From assembly GCA_051362555.1 (NCBI GenBank), contig CM120640.1, forward strand, positions 16,492,001 to 16,556,000: a stretch of 64,000 bases of DNA, in the 5' to 3' direction. The position numbers were made by a program, and so were the translations under genes. A model generated the notes under the pieces. It had not been told where the DNA came from. It searched no databases and saw only the letters and a list, made by a program, of their open reading frames with translations. This document shows, one piece after another, positions 1 through 12,670 of the stretch (its first letter is position 1; every line of letters starts with the position of its first letter). The DNA is from Lingula anatina. Lineage: Eukaryota > Animalia > Brachiopoda.

Positions 1-453
1 GTAAAACATGTAAAGTGTATGTACTTATCTACACATGACCCTCAGATTTTGAAAAAGAAAAGAGTGCCAAATGTTGATATTATAAATTGAACTGCTTTTA
101 TATAATTGCAGTGAAAAATATGAATATGATTAAAGTTATTTCTGCTTTTTATGACTGTCAAATATCAAGACCCCCAAAAATATATTTGCCATAATTGGGT
201 TGAGGCGGTATGTTCTGCCTTACTGTCTTAGCTCCATTTGCTCACGTGTACCATGACATGTGATGCAGTGAACGGACATGACTCTAACCAATCACCTGCT
301 GTAACTAAAACATAATTCGGCAAAATATTTAATGAAGTACTTTGAAAAGTTAGCAAATATTCCCCACGCATATTATATCATGCAACAAGGAGAACAACAG
401 CCAATCCAAGGACAAGGCTGTAGTATGATATGTGAGCCAGCCGTCCAAAAAGT

Positions 454-464
454 TGCTGTGTCAT
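454..464 (-). promoter_or_regulatory. Antioxidant response element (ARE) candidate upstream of the KEAP1 coding region
   Basis: Minus strand ATGACACAGCA followed by ACTTTTT, matching RTGACnnnGCA with an A/T-rich tail. TATAAAA at 498-504 and a possible donor AAG|GTAGAG at 568/569 lie just downstream. Confidence 0.5.
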
Positions 465-970
465 CCTGGTATTTAAATGTGACAGCAGGCTGGACTTTAT
501 AAAACTGTAAGGGCCCCTGGAACCAGGCTGATGGAAGAAGGAAACACAATGGCTTTATTGATTTTAAGGTAGAGCTAATGGGCCTGTGCCAATAATTGAT
601 ATAACTAGCAAAGAGGAACTGTGATATGAATATTTTGCATCCAGCTTTTTTTCCTTTTCAAAAATTTGAAAGATTGACATGACTCTGTTGACTTAATTCT
701 AGATTGACCTTGAATCAGTTTTTGTTTTTTGTTTGTTTGTTTTTTTTTTAAGAAAGTCATTGTGATATTTGTACTTGACTTTTTGTTGAAGACAATAATC
801 TAAACTACAATATAATTGTTTTTCTTGTCTTCATATGGATTTATGCCACTGTCATTGTCATTTTATTGCCTTACTATTAAGGAATTGATTGTTGTATAAT
901 GAACCTTGTAATGATATGCTACATTTAAGAATTTTTGAATCCTTTAGCTATAGAACATTGGATCGAAGAT

Positions 971-972
<2 letters not shown>

Positions 973-1062
<90 letters not shown>
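973..1062. repeat. (TA)n microsatellite, followed by (GATA)n at ~1088-1115
   Basis: Directly visible. Confidence 0.95.
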
Positions 1063-1068
<6 letters not shown>

Positions 1069-1624
1069 CATGAATTATACATTATATATAGATAGATAGA
1101 TAGATAGATATAGATATAATTCATGAATTCAGAAACAATGCTGTTTTAACTGACCAACAGATACTACATTTTTTAGAGGGCATATTGTCATAATAATTCT
1201 CTAGGCATATATAGTTTTTAAACCCATGATATCATTACACATAACTTAAAATATGTAAAATTGTGTATTTGGTAAAGAAAAATCACCACTGTGCACTGGT
1301 CTTGTGAATAGGATCCCAGACACTAAAACTGAAAATGATTCATGATTAATAGCAGTCAAGGATGGGCCAAACTCATCTAGTACAGGTGAAAGAATTCTTA
1401 TGTAAGTGAACAGTCCTGTTGGAGTCAGAGAAGATTTATGTTACATGGACATGTCAGAATGAGTGATGTGTTTGCTTTTGAATAAGCCAGCAATCATGAA
1501 TGAAAAAATTGGTCCTGTCTTAAGAAATACAGTTAGCATTTTAGAAATATGTTGTTGCTTTTCTCTTTCAGATTACAATGGGACCTTAGACCAACCAAAG
1601 TGAGTTTTGTAACAAAGACTGAGG

Positions 1625-4600
1625 ATGTCTGCACCGGTGAAGAAAGAGTGTGGGTCTAACCAGCTTCTGAAAAAGGAGTGTGGGTCAAACCCACTTAACA
1701 AAGGTGGCTGCTATAGGCCCAGGCCTGTTTCAGGCGACAGGCCTCTGGATGGGAGCATGCATTTTACCATAATGAAACAAACCAAAGAGTCCTTTGAGGT
1801 GATCAATACCTTGCGCCATGCTAAGAAGCTCTGCGATGTGACACTAATCGCAGGTGATGAGTCGTTTCTAGCGCACAAACTGGTCCTGGCAGCAGCCAGC
1901 CCGTATTTCAAAGCCATGTTTACAAGTGGGATGCGGGAGTGTGGGATGGCTGATATCCCGCTTCAGGGAATTACTCCATGTACTTTAGCCACTCTCATAG
2001 AGTTTGCTTACACGGCAGAGATTCATATCAATGAGATGAATGTGTGCTATCTTCTCCCTGCTGCCACAATGTTCCAAATGACGCATGTTGTGGAAGCATG
2101 CTGTACGTTTTTAGAACACCAACTGGACCCCAGTAATTGTATAGGAATTGCTAACTTTGCTCAGGAACATGGATGTACAGAGTTAAACAATAAAGCCCGG
2201 GAGTATATCTGTAAACATTTCAGCCAGGTTTGCCAGAGCGAGGAATTTTTAATGTTATCGCCATGCCAAATGGTGCATTTAATTAACCAGGACGAACTGA
2301 ACGTGCGCTGTGAGTCCGAAGTTTATAATGCTGTGATACAATGGGTGAAACAAGACGAGGACCGACGTCGGCCCAAATTAGAACAGTTATTATGTGCTGT
2401 AAGGTGCCACTTCCTCACCCCAGGCTTCCTCAAACAGCAAATCAAATACTGTGATGTCCTCAAAAACAATCCTTCTTGTAAAGTCTACCTGGAGAGGATA
2501 TTTGCTGATTTGACGTTGCACAAAAAATGTACGGATCGTAGGCGGTTACCCCCTGCCCCACCTGTGATATACACTGCAGGAGGCTATCTCAGGCAGTCTT
2601 TAAGCAATTTCGAAGCATTCAACCCCCAAACGGGGGAGTGGTTTAAACTCGCTGATCTTCCATTGCCTCGGAGTGGGCTCGCCACTGTTGTCGTTCATCA
2701 TATCATATATGCTGTAGGTGGCAGGAATAACTCCCCTGATGGGAATATGGATTCCAATGCTGCGGACTGCTATGAACCTTTTACGAATTTATGGAGGACA
2801 CTGCCTCCCATGTCAGTTCCTAGGAATAGAGTGGGGGTGGGGAATATTGATGGTATGTTGTATGCTGTTGGAGGGTCACATGGAACTATACATCATAAAT
2901 CTGTGGAGAGGTAGGTTATGTATAATGTAAATATAATTTTTTTATTTTGCAGATTAGAACCTCAACTGAACATGTGCCAACGTAGCACAAAGTTAGGAAA
3001 AAATATCAGTTATTTCAAATTAACTTCTGAATATTTGTTTAAATGGCGCAATGCTTGGAAGAATTTCAATTGGATAGAAATTTCTTTCAAGTTTACATGT
3101 TATTGTAAAAATGAACTCCTGTTGTTGATTAATCAGATTAGAAATTCTTCCATATTTTTTAACTTTCACTAATCGGATTCCACTCATCACTCCCACCTTC
3201 ATTTAGCTTAAAGCTGGCTGGGTGAAAATTTCTTTCTGATTGAATTTATTCCTGTATAATTGGCGTCACTGTTTATTTTTTTTCTCCAGGTTTGACCCGG
3301 AGAGAGAAGAATGGTCATTTGTGGCCCCAATGGCCACTCCCAGGATAGGGGTGGGCGTGGCAACTATCAATCGCCTGTTGTATGCTGTGGGAGGGTTTGA
3401 TGGACATAACAGACTGGCTTCCACAGAGTGCTATTACCCAGAGACTGACGAGTGGAAACTGCTGGCTTCCATGAATACAACACGGAGTGGAGCTGGTTAG
3501 TACATGTGTACCGATTTTAGCATGAAATATGGACTCCCCAAGAAATAAGCATTCCTCCCACTAAAAGGCGCAAGTGTTGTATGCATTCACTGTATCATTT
3601 TGTTTACTTGCAGTATGTATGATGAAGCACACAGGAGAGACTCAGTGTAGATTTCATGGGGGAGTATTTATTTTATTTTAAAATATGGACTGGGGAGTAT
3701 GTGTTTAGGGGATTCCAAATTTCATGGTACTCTTGAAGTAATCTCTGCACATTGTAATATAGTTTAAGTTACAGCATTGCCACATTGTCCAATGATCCCA
3801 GAATTATCTACATGTATGTGTGGCAGTTGACAATCATGAAGATGTCAATATGTAATATGTACAATGTGAATCTCTGAGTTTTAAGTGAAATACAGATGCA
3901 TGATTTTACTTGTAAATCTGTGACTGGTACTGTGCCTGATTTTTACCACAGATAATGCAGAAAGACAGAGAAAGGCATGTGGCACTCAAACTAGTGCCAG
4001 GGTGTTTGCTTATTATAATATATCAGGGCCCTCACTTTTCAGAGTCATCCACGGTGTATAGATGTATTATAGATAGTATTTTTGCATGATTTTCAGTCAT
4101 CTTACGTCAGTTTAACTGATAGATATACCTGTAAATTGCTCAGTGACACCCTGTGAAGTGTTCCCAGGTTAAATATATGTACCAGCTAGTGCCAGTCTGA
4201 AACATCATACTGAATGTCTTGACAACTATTTTAAACAGAAAAGTACACTGTCATTTTATAGATACAATTATATACTATCGAGAGCGCCGCCCTTATTTCA
4301 GTGTGGGCTGGATAGGTTATAACCTGCAAATGTTCGATCAGAGGTTTACAATAAATATTGTTGAAATATACATTATATTATGATAAATGATCTTTTGAAA
4401 CAGGATATGTTTTCTGCAATGCAATGGACATGTTGTTGAAATTCACAGGAAAGGTTTCTTTGTGGTTTGACCTAAGTATTTTGTTATATTTCTGACTTTA
4501 TAATAAGGAATTAGAAAACTTATTTTATTAGATAGTGCACATGTACTAGCAGCACATCTAGTCTGAACATCGAAAGTAAAATGCATGCAAATTATCTTTT

Positions 4601-6608
4601 CATATTGATGTGTCTCAGATATCTAGATTATATGTGTGGGGCGGTATGCAACATCCATAATTGATAACTGATTGCAGAGTCATTCAGTCAATGCTGGTTG
4701 TCACGTACATAGGACAGAGAATTTCATTTATCTTGAAATAGTTGCAAAATCTTATAGTGATATCTTGAAGTGTTTTCATTGTTGACGCTGCCTAAATTGG
4801 CAGTGAATTTGCTTTCACTCCCCCACTTTTTATTTATTTATTTTTTTTTTTGGGGGGGGGGCTACAGCAGATTGATTTGATTTTAGCCATGAGTTCCTAA
4901 TTATAAAGACGTTAGCACCATTTCTATGCCCAAGAGGCCTCCTTCATGTAGTTGGATGCACCAGTGGCTGTAGCTGTTAAGGCTAATGATGGTATCACTG
5001 TGATATAATGGCTGTCTGTGCAGGATTTGCAGATTATCTGTATGTATTAAGTATACCCAGTTCTGGCCTGGTGTTTGAAGTTATTGCTGTTGCCTTGCAC
5101 ATCTATTTTCTGCAGTGTGTACTAGATAAATTTGAAACTAAAATGTCATACAAATGCACACCTGCACTGTGTATTCTTACATTGAATGCATACATGAGTA
5201 ATAAACAATATATGTACATGTTGTGCACATGGTATGCAAATATAAAATGCATGCTTTGCTTTATTATTATTGGATGTGTAGTTCAACAAAACATAAATTC
5301 CAAATCCAAGTGAAATACAACTCTTTAGGATGTTTTCAGCGTTTCAGAGGTTTTTTCTTTGCACAGTATTTAAATTGTAGCTTTTTGTTATTTCTCATCC
5401 AGGCGTAGTCTCTATGGACCAGTATGTGTATGCAGTGGGGGGATATGATGGCACAAGTCAGCTTCGCACTGTTGAGAGATTAGACACGGAGGCCAACGTC
5501 TGGGAGTTTGTGGCGCCAATGAACAGACCCAGGAGTGCATTAGCCTGTGCAGTATTGGAGGGAAAACTCTACGCATTAGGTATATATATATATATATAGT
5601 ACAGTAGGCTTGCTTTGATTAGCTGAGGCAGTGGCTCAACAGGCACATGCCCCCCCCCCCCCCCCCACTCCACCCCCAGCTTTGGAACTCCCCTTTTCTT
5701 CCCCTCCCAAAAAAGCAAACAAATAAATAAATAAATAAATAAATAAATAAATAGATAGATAGATAGATAAAAAATGGAAGAAGAAGAAGAAAAACAACTG
5801 TATATCAAATTCAATAAGAGAATATCATGCCATTGTTTCATCTCAATGCCCTACATATAAAAGTAGAATTATACTTGTCTTCTGGTTGCTGGTTGCTGAT
5901 CAAAGCACAGAAAAAAATTTCTTATCCTTGGGTTCCTCCTTAGGATAGGCATTAGTGAGTAGCTTTGTTGTCATGGCACAGTAGGTGTCAATTCATGTTA
6001 TGTTGCAAAGTGGTGTGTAAAATTCTTATGTAAAGCTAGACATTTTGATTTGATAAGTCATTTTAAATAGTTGTATAAAAGGAGAATACACCCTAAAGAA
6101 ACTAGAGGGATGTTATGTAAGTGTTGGCCCTGATAATGCCAAGTAGCAATCCAGGGTGACTTGCAGAAAATTTGTGCTTTGAAAGTGACCTGTATTCTTT
6201 ATATATTTAGCTCCATACATGCTACAAAAGGATAGCATTTCAATTCACCTACTTATGTAACTTCACAAAAAAGACATTTACACTGATGGTACAAGTCAGC
6301 TTCAGTAGTTTTGACTTGATGAGAATTTATGTCAGCTGTGATAAATAAGCAAATCAGTTTTTTTGTTTTTTTTTAATAATGTATGACATTTTACCTGTAT
6401 TACAATGTACAAGTAAAAACTATGTTATAAAGAAAAAAATAGAGATAAATAACACTTTTTTATTGCAGGTGGTTATGATGGCAATGACTTCCTATCATCA
6501 GTAGAATGCTACAACCCTGACCGAAATGAGTGGACAGAAGTGACCAACATGTCATGTGGTCGTAGTGGACACGGCGTATGCATTGGGATGGAGCCGTGCA
6601 CTAAGTAA
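1625..6608 (+). CDS. KEAP1: Kelch-like ECH-associated protein 1 (BTB-BACK-6xKelch, Nrf2/CncC substrate adaptor), 602 aa
   Basis: Coding exons 1625-2910, 3290-3495, 5403-5579, 6469-6608; all introns GT-AG, frame continuous, TAA at 6606-6608. Contains BTB ([24 protein letters not shown]), BACK/IVR ([18 protein letters not shown]), KEAP1-diagnostic Kelch 2 ([21 protein letters not shown]) and a C-terminal MEPC. Acceptor for the first coding exon at 1570-1571. Confidence 0.97.
4673..4683 (-). promoter_or_regulatory. ARE candidate in a KEAP1 intron
   Basis: Minus strand ATGACTCTGCA = RTGACnnnGCA. Confidence 0.45.
5720..5769. repeat. (AAAT)n/(AGAT)n compound microsatellite
   Basis: Directly visible in KEAP1 intron 3. 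Confidence 0.9.
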
Positions 6609-8685
6609 TTGCAGTCTTCTCATATTTTGCACATCACTGATCCCTTGCAATCAATGAGGAAAAATGTTAAATTCATGCTTTGCAATAGAATTTGAAGAAA
6701 AGCTTCAAATGCAGCTTGATTCAGGCATTGATTGAATATCACAATCAGTCTTGAAATTACAATTGAAAAACAATCCAGCTTCATGCTTGATTACAGAAAT
6801 GAAAATGGATAAATTTATATTTAATTAAAATGATAATTGACTGCCTTTAAATTGGCACCAAATGAAGCCAGTGAAAGTATTTGTGCTTTTAGTCAACTAT
6901 CAGCATTTTTGCCGCATCAGGTCTTATCTTGAGTGATTAAGGTCACAATCCCAAGCCAACTGAAGGTCGGGGGGAGGGGGGGTAGTTGCATCTGTAACTA
7001 TTGCCACAACTGCAGTTTTTTTTCTCTTTTTCATGATATTGCTTTTATCTTCTTTAAGTATAGTATAGCATGTCAGCTATAGAGTACTCTTCAGTCTTAA
7101 ATAACAGTAGCATGCTGGTTAGTTTAAAAAGAAAACTAGGTATCTTTCTCCTATTCCTAGGTATTGCAATGACTAAAACATGGGCAAGATTGGTCCAATC
7201 TCATTCTGAAAAACTACTAAATGATATGGTGGACAGTACACCAGCTTGGAGAAGATACTGCCACTATATCTAGGTCAATCATTGCCTGCAGATCTAGGTC
7301 TACATGGTGTTGAAGGACTCACCCAAGAGCTTCTTATGGAACTTACCTAGAAAATAATGTAGAGCAGCTGAAACCATTTTCGGTCCCTAGCATTTGTTGT
7401 GTTCAGTGGTGTATGAAAAATAATGTCGTCTTTCATCTTCAGTGGTATTATCAGTAACCAATCCAAGGTACCACATTAAGTATCAGGGTATCTGGCAGCG
7501 TGAAACGTAATAATACTCACTGCTAATATTACGCCTAATTTTCTGTGCCTGATTCTTGCATTAATAACACAAGCTTATTTCTAAATGGCATGCTATTCAT
7601 TTTGGTGGGTTGAAGGATATGTGTGAAAATATTCTTGGTCTATAACTTGGACTATCACAAGAGTGTACTTCAAGGATCTGTTTACTTTGGTGCTCCTTTT
7701 TTTTTTCTGTTTCAATAAAACAGTGGAAGCCATAACTTTATTATTTAAATAAAGCTGCGATGTTGTTTTGAATTCTTTCCTGACAGTCTTGCCCATGGTT
7801 TTATTTCTTCAGTTTGACTGACTACCCAAGGGGTGTGGTGTCTACTAATATCTATAACCTGATGGGAAATAACTAATACCAGATGACACTGAAAACTTAT
7901 CTTCACCTGCGTAGAAATTGCCAGTATATCTCAATATCTTAAATCTGCTTTAATAGAAAAATTAATCATAGTTACCATATGTCTTTATTTTTCTATTCAA
8001 TTTTGAAAATCTACGTTGTGATAACTGTTGTGCACAGTTTTCAGTGGATCATTATATTATTAAATTTTATGTTGATGATGAATAATTGATCTGAATAAAT
8101 CCCATTCTTTTGCCTGCTGCTGGTAGTTGATACAGACAAGGATTATGGGGGAATGAAAGATCTGGGTTTATTCTAATTGTTGATAGATGAAATGATGTTT
8201 CATGAAAGAGGCATCTTTTTTTAGTAGTTTTAGTATTTATTATGTTGGATGATGATAATATTGCTAGATATGCTTTTGTCATGCTTATTGAGTTATACAT
8301 AAGTATCCATGCAGTTCTCTTTAAAAAAAGTAAATTATTATTCTCTTCTTTCACCATAGTTTTTTTCTTTCTTCAAAGAATAATTTTGGGTTTTAACAAA
8401 ACAGTATAAACAGTTGTGTACAGTAATAAAAGACAATATGATTTTCATATTACTACTGAGATGCAACTGTCTTGGAATTTATATGTGACTTTTAAAATCA
8501 GTTAAACTTGCTTAAACTAGTTTACAGAGAAATTGAACTGTATACTACGCACGCAGTACTCCACCCTCAATTTATGACTTGATAAGTATTACATGCGTCT
8601 ATTGATTGAGTAAATAGAAATGCTGTGATAAGCTAGGCTTTCACCAGGTCATGAAATAACAACATGGTCACTTGTAAGATGCCAC

Positions 8686-8700
8686 ATGACTCAGCAAATT
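8686..8700 (+). promoter_or_regulatory. Consensus CNC-sMaf ARE downstream of the KEAP1 stop codon
   Basis: ATGACTCAGCAAATT: optimal core plus A/T-rich tail. Confidence 0.6.
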
Positions 8701-8804
8701 ATTTACCTGAAGGGGACAAGAAATGTTATGACCATGACATGCAACATTAATTAAAGGGTATCAATAAGTTTGACCTTAATTTGGCACCTAGCCCTAATGA
8801 ATAA

Positions 8805-8805
<1 letters not shown>

Positions 8806-8843
<38 letters not shown>
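8806..8843. repeat. (AAT)n microsatellite
   Basis: Directly visible; produces the spurious poly-Ile ORF 8770-8964. Confidence 0.95.
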
Positions 8844-8844
<1 letters not shown>

Positions 8845-11042
8845 TATACAGTTACCAGTGCCTCCTTCTTATCATACCTGTCCCTTACAACCTCATTTTA
8901 CAGCTTACCATGTTGTATTTCATTCACATTTTTGTGTTGTCAACTAAAGTTAACTTACAAGTAGTTTTAAATCATATGAGTACAATAAAGTTTAAAGGAA
9001 AAGAATCAAGTTATGCTGATCAACTCTTTTTGATGTGTTGACATACTATTCCTTGTTTGGTATTTTGAGTGATGTATGCTGCATGAATTGAATGTAGGGG
9101 AGTAGTAAAGGTAATTGGCTTTCCTGGGGTTGCTTGCTTTGCATTTGCAGACTCTTAAACACGCTTTGACACTTGTCTTCCTTTAATAAATAACTCACAG
9201 TATTTCATAACTAACAGTATTCTTTATCAACTAACTTTTACAGATTCTGTATCAAAATACCATGCTAAGATATCTGAGGATGGATATATACTGAACAACA
9301 AGGGTCATTATGTTGTTGCAAGTCTTTTGAAAGTTCAAGGTATTTATTTACTGGCAGTTAGTAAGTGTGTATACTCTCATATACCCATGTAAAACTGAAA
9401 GACATACATGTGCAACGTGGCCAGTTTTGGATGTCATTTGTTATATGGTGTCATTTGTTGAAACTTTGGAGCACACTCAATATAGCATACTCGGGTTACA
9501 TCAGTACATGAACATGTACTGTTGAAATGCTCAGTAAAAAAGTCATGGATCAAGGAAGATAAAAGAGTATGTATGGTCAGTAATAAAACATACCTCTTAT
9601 ATAAAGTGGGAGTAATTATTGAGGGTTGCAGCAGTTTATGAGGATGGAGATAATATAAATAATATACTCATTTGGGTTGAAGCAATTTAGTTGCAATTTA
9701 TTTGGTTAAAGTGATTTTTCAAAACCAGTCTTTTCTTTGTTGTGTTGCAGTAGTTTTGATATTCAGAAATGGAGAGAATAATTTACATGCCAAAACGAAA
9801 ATGAAAATCCAAGGTTTTCTATTATTCAGAGAGCTTTTGTTTTGATTTATAATTCACAGTGCTTTTTCAAGGCTTGGGTGAGAAAGTGCTCAATGCACCC
9901 TGTCCCAAGATCTACAATTATTGTTATAAAACAAATTGACATTTTGAAACATTTCTTGGTGAAGATTCAAGAATCATTTATGTTCTTCTAGATATTTTAC
10001 TCCCCAACTTAAAACTGATGTTGTCAATCTGTGGTGTTCACACACTAAAATGTTACTAATACAGGTACATGTTTATGATATAAATGTATAGATTAATAAA
10101 TTAACATAAGTTTTACCTTAAGGCAACAGTTACAAAAAATACCTTCAAAAGAGAAAAACAGAAACTCCCACACTAAAGTACAAAAATAGACAAAAGTTCA
10201 ACTTGTGATTGGAAAGCACTCCACTCCACAAGATCATGAAAAGAACAGTATTATGCTTGTCTGTCATTATCATAGATAAATAAATGGATGAAGATTCACA
10301 AAGTGCATTACAAAATTTTAAAAATACATGTAATGACAGGTCGAGAAAAAAAACTTCCCTAATCATTTGCTTCCTTATTATTTAAGAGTGACTGTGTATG
10401 TTGTGTTAGTTGAGTTCTTTACTCTACACCTGGCCTATTCTTGTTTTGTTAGAGAAGATCTCAGTAATGTGCAGTGATCTCAATGTATTAAGTCTTGTTC
10501 ATTAATGTGAGTAATGTATTATATATATTTATGTGTGAATCCAGTGAGATTTTTAGATTAAGCTTTAGGGTGTACCTGTTAACTGACGACATCTCTTTAA
10601 GAAAAAATTAAAAGAGGTGTAAGAAATTGTGGATTTGATAACATTTTCAAAAATATGAAATGTTGCCTTAGTCTTTTCTGGTTTGTTGGAATTTATTTGG
10701 TTGACATTAATTTATCAAAGTCTTCTCCTGTCAACCACTTAACCACAGCATAATTGGCTAAGTACCTCTGTAAAATTCTAGCAGAAAACAATTTTGCATA
10801 GGAAAGAAAGTAATGATGTTACAAGTGCAGTGATGAACTAATATCACTGCTTTGAGTAACTAGTATGTATTTGAAGCTGAACTGCATAATGTTGAATAAT
10901 TTCAGCTTTTCTGTTTCTTTTCTGATATTTTATATGTATGTAAGTCAGTTTTGGAGAAATAAGTGCTAGTACTTTTTATTCCATGTAAAAGATACTATAA
11001 CTTGCATGACAAAATGTGTTCTTCAACCTGTCTTAAATGGTT

Positions 11043-11102
11043 CTGTAAATTGTTTGTAAATTATTTGTAAATAAAATATGCAGAATACAGATGTTAAATA
11101 AA
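11043..11102 (+). terminator. Candidate distal 3' end of a long KEAP1 3'UTR
   Basis: Three TGTAAAT repeats, the last a Pumilio-type TGTAAATA overlapping AATAAA (~11069), with a second AATAAA at ~11097. More proximal AATAAA signals also exist (~7714, ~8096). Confidence 0.3.
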
Positions 11103-12284
11103 GCAGATTTCATTGGTTTATCGTCATTATCATCATCCTTTGCCCTTGGGTGGAATAGCAGCAGCAACATGCTCAGACCACAGTTATTTCTGTCTCATTA
11201 ATTCTAGTATTGCATTTCGTTGTAGATGAGGATCAATTGTTGGGGTGTTTTTATTACATATATTATGTCCAAGGGGGTGTCTGAATGGGTTAGATTTGAT
11301 TTGCTACTATTAGTTTCCTGCCAGGTGAAAAGAAACTGTGGCACATCAGTAGCTAAGTTGGGAAAGCTGTAAGTATGTGGGTGATACAAAAATAGTGGTA
11401 GTTGTGCTGGGATTTATGGGTTGTGGAAAAGATTTTAAAACTTGGGCAAATGGCAGTAAATTTGTAATAAATAATTTTGAAACATCGGTAATGCTCAAAA
11501 TCATGTGTGGTAGTTATATGGAACCCTAATGCCTTGTCCAGGGCAGTGATGAAGAGAAAAGGAGCCAACTATCGCCCTATACTATAGGACACCTGCTGTA
11601 ATGTAAAAGGGTTTGGTTTCCAAAGATTAATGACTGATAAGAAAACATTGTGCATACAGTATTTTGTATGTCTCTTCTAATATCACAGTGTACCAAAAAC
11701 TTTCATAGTCCCATTCACAACAAGAAAGAAGGCAACGAAGAAAATTGATTGTTCGAGATTAGGCCACTTTTATATAACCCCACTATCCTAATCATTTTAA
11801 GGATGTTACAAATTGTTGCCTGTATTAAATCTTATGGCCTAAGGGGGAAAGACATATATCAAATATTCAATATGACTCATCATCCTAAAAATTATGATTC
11901 AGCGAGTCAGCAAAAGCCATATTTACAAACAATTCTGCACAGATTATTTTTGTGGGGTTGCAAAGTTTTATGTTCAGACACTGTGTCTGTATGTGTTCTG
12001 ATCACTGTGTGTGCTCCTGTCATCAGTGTTGTTGTTGCCATCAGTCATATCTGCTCTTTGCCTGCCTGTATGTTTGTTTATCTTAAAAATTAAACTGAGT
12101 AGCTTTGTTTTTTGAAAAAAAAAAAAAGAATGAAGTTTTAATATCACCATGATGAGATTATTTTTATAAATTTCATTGATTTATTTAGATGTATTTTGGC
12201 AGTGTTGAAGCATTTTATATGAATTCAATTTTTAAATTAAGAGGATGAACCTACACACATGCATTTAGATCGAGAACTTGTGTA

Positions 12285-12510
12285 AACTAGAAAAGCACTC
12301 CGAGAGTGCAGATCTCTGCCAAGGCAGCAATTTTTGATTATTTTTGATTGATTATTGATCCAGATCACCACCAAAAACTAATCGTCTGTTCCTTGGTCCA
12401 CTTCTGACAGTTCCTGAAAATTTCATCAAAATCGATCCATAACTTTTTGAGTTATGTTGATGACAGACAAACAAACAGGGGTGAAAACATAACCTCCTTG
12501 GCGGAGGTAA
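12285..12510. mobile_element. Non-autonomous Helentron/HINE (DINE-1-like) element
   Basis: Starts AACTAGAAAAGCACTCCGAGAGTGC (short hairpin). Subterminal inverted repeats ATCTCTGCCAAGG (12311-12323) / CCTTGGCGGAGGT (12496-12508), internal GACAGACAAACAAACA microsatellite, terminal stem-loop ACCTCC-TTGGC-GGAGGT. Confidence 0.75.
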
Positions 12511-12629
12511 AAAGTGAGTTCAGTGCAAAAGAAACAATCATGGTATGGAAGGCATGTATTCACTTTATGAAGACAGTCACTGAAGGCATTTAAAAGTTTT
12601 CAATGTTTTCAATGTTTACTGGAACGTAC

Positions 12630-12633
<4 letters not shown>

Positions 12634-12666
<33 letters not shown>
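12634..12666. repeat. (CA)n microsatellite
   Basis: Directly visible. Confidence 0.95.

Positions 12667-12670
<4 letters not shown>

Noticed and set aside
2918-3172. ORF and acceptor (TTTTGCAG at ~2952) in the first KEAP1 coding intron
   Set aside because: No Kelch similarity; the true next exon at 3290 continues the repeat correctly.
4133-4147. AAATTGCTCAGTGAC, ARE-like, in a KEAP1 intron
   Set aside because: The core reads TCAC rather than TGAC on the relevant strand, so it is not a consensus ARE.
8770-8964. Low-complexity ORFs (poly-Ile here; also YI, FIYL and HT repeats at 54798, 53010, 28679)
   Set aside because: Translations of microsatellites.
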